Part shown: piece by piece, positions 63,090 to 64,000 of the stretch
How positions within the stretch are numbered: the first letter of the stretch is position 1
Layout of the letters: each line of letters opens with the position of its first letter
Origin: Camelus dromedarius
Taxonomy: Eukaryota
Direction of reading: 5' to 3'
Assembly: GCF_036321535.1 (NCBI RefSeq)
Contig: NC_087436.1
Location: 47,494,001 to 47,558,000, forward strand
Length of the DNA stretch: 64,000 bases
Notes under the pieces: generated by a model
Database searches by the model: none
What the model was told of the DNA's origin: nothing
Seen by the model: the letters and a program-made list of their open reading frames with translations, nothing else
Made by a program: the position numbers and the translations under genes

Positions 63090-63560
63090 TTTTTTTTTTT
63101 TTGCACAAATCCACAAAATTAGAAATAAGAGGGAGAATACTGTAGAGGAAATTAAAATAATTTTAAGAGAATAACTTATTTGAAACCTCTTCAAATATAT
63201 TTGTAAATGTGAAAGAAATGAATGTTTCCAGGAAAATAAAAATTACCAATCTTGTTCAGAAAGAGATAGAACAGTTAAATAGACCATTATCAAGGAATAT
63301 ATTGATAAAATTTCAAAAATCAACTTCCCCTAGTGCAGATGGTTTCATAGGTTCATGTTAACATACTCTCAAAGAAATTACAATTGCAAGTCTATTGAGA
63401 TTACTGTGAGTCCAGAGACAGTAGGTATGTTTCTAATTTTTTTTAAGAAATCTATTATAACAGTGCTACCAAAATTATACAAAGATATCACATAAAAGGA
63501 AACCATAGATTAGTCTCCATTATGAATATCTATAACAGTTTATTAGATAAAATATTAGTG
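63090..63560 (+). mobile_element. Decayed old L1M ORF2 fragment
   Basis: gaacagttaaatagaccatt...cagatggtttcatagg...aaaggaaaccatagattagtctccattatgaatat. Confidence 0.65.
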
Positions 63561-64000
63561 TGACTGGAGACTTTTAAAAATAATTGAATTTATTTAATTT
63601 TTAAAATTTTAATTTATGTTTTTATTCCTCATTTTTTCCTTTGTAATAGAGCAGGTGGCCAGCTCTGGACTTGTTTGCCTCAGGGAAAGTTTGTGGCAGT
63701 ATGGAAAACTAGCATTGCGTATAAGATACTTCCTTTTCAGATCTGGTTTCTAAAAGGCAGGGCCTAAAGAGAAGATATGTTACGGGACTTGGAGTGAGAG
63801 ATGGAAAGGAGGGCATCTGAGAGGAACTCAGAGATGGGGAGGGATTCTCCCCAGACTATCATTAAAAGAATGCAGGGGTCTGGGAAGGGGGAATGGAACT
63901 ACGCGGGTTACATGAACAACAGAGGTCTGCCTCTGTTCCTGGCTCTGGGGAGCACCTGGGTACTGTCTGGGCTTGCCATTGTTCTACACATTAAACATGG

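Overview
Mammalian nuclear DNA, most likely camelid (alpaca/llama/camel), judged from two tRNA-derived Vic-1-type SINEs. The window starts in the last intron of PAPSS1 (+ strand) and contains its terminal coding exon (3659-3797) and 3' UTR with poly(A) signals at 4176 and 4353. The remaining ~59 kb is AT-rich intergenic DNA dominated by transposon relics: L1s of several ages, ERVL/MaLR/ERV1 solo LTRs, hAT DNA transposons, MIR and L2. It also holds a full-length retroposed U1 snRNA copy. None of the ORF-track entries is a credible gene; they are L1 ORF2 debris or chance frames, and the real PAPSS1 exon is missing from the track. I see no new protein-coding system. The most unusual structure is at 36.3-40.7 kb: two oppositely oriented L1 insertions with crossed target-site duplications, an inverted ~270-bp host segment between them, and complementary L1 breakpoints, which suggests one coupled double-retrotransposition/inversion event. 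Other points of interest are a CpG-rich solo LTR pointing back at PAPSS1, two tail-less L1 insertions and a perfect 59-bp tandem duplication. Repeat family names come from remembered consensus sequences and need RepeatMasker/Dfam confirmation.
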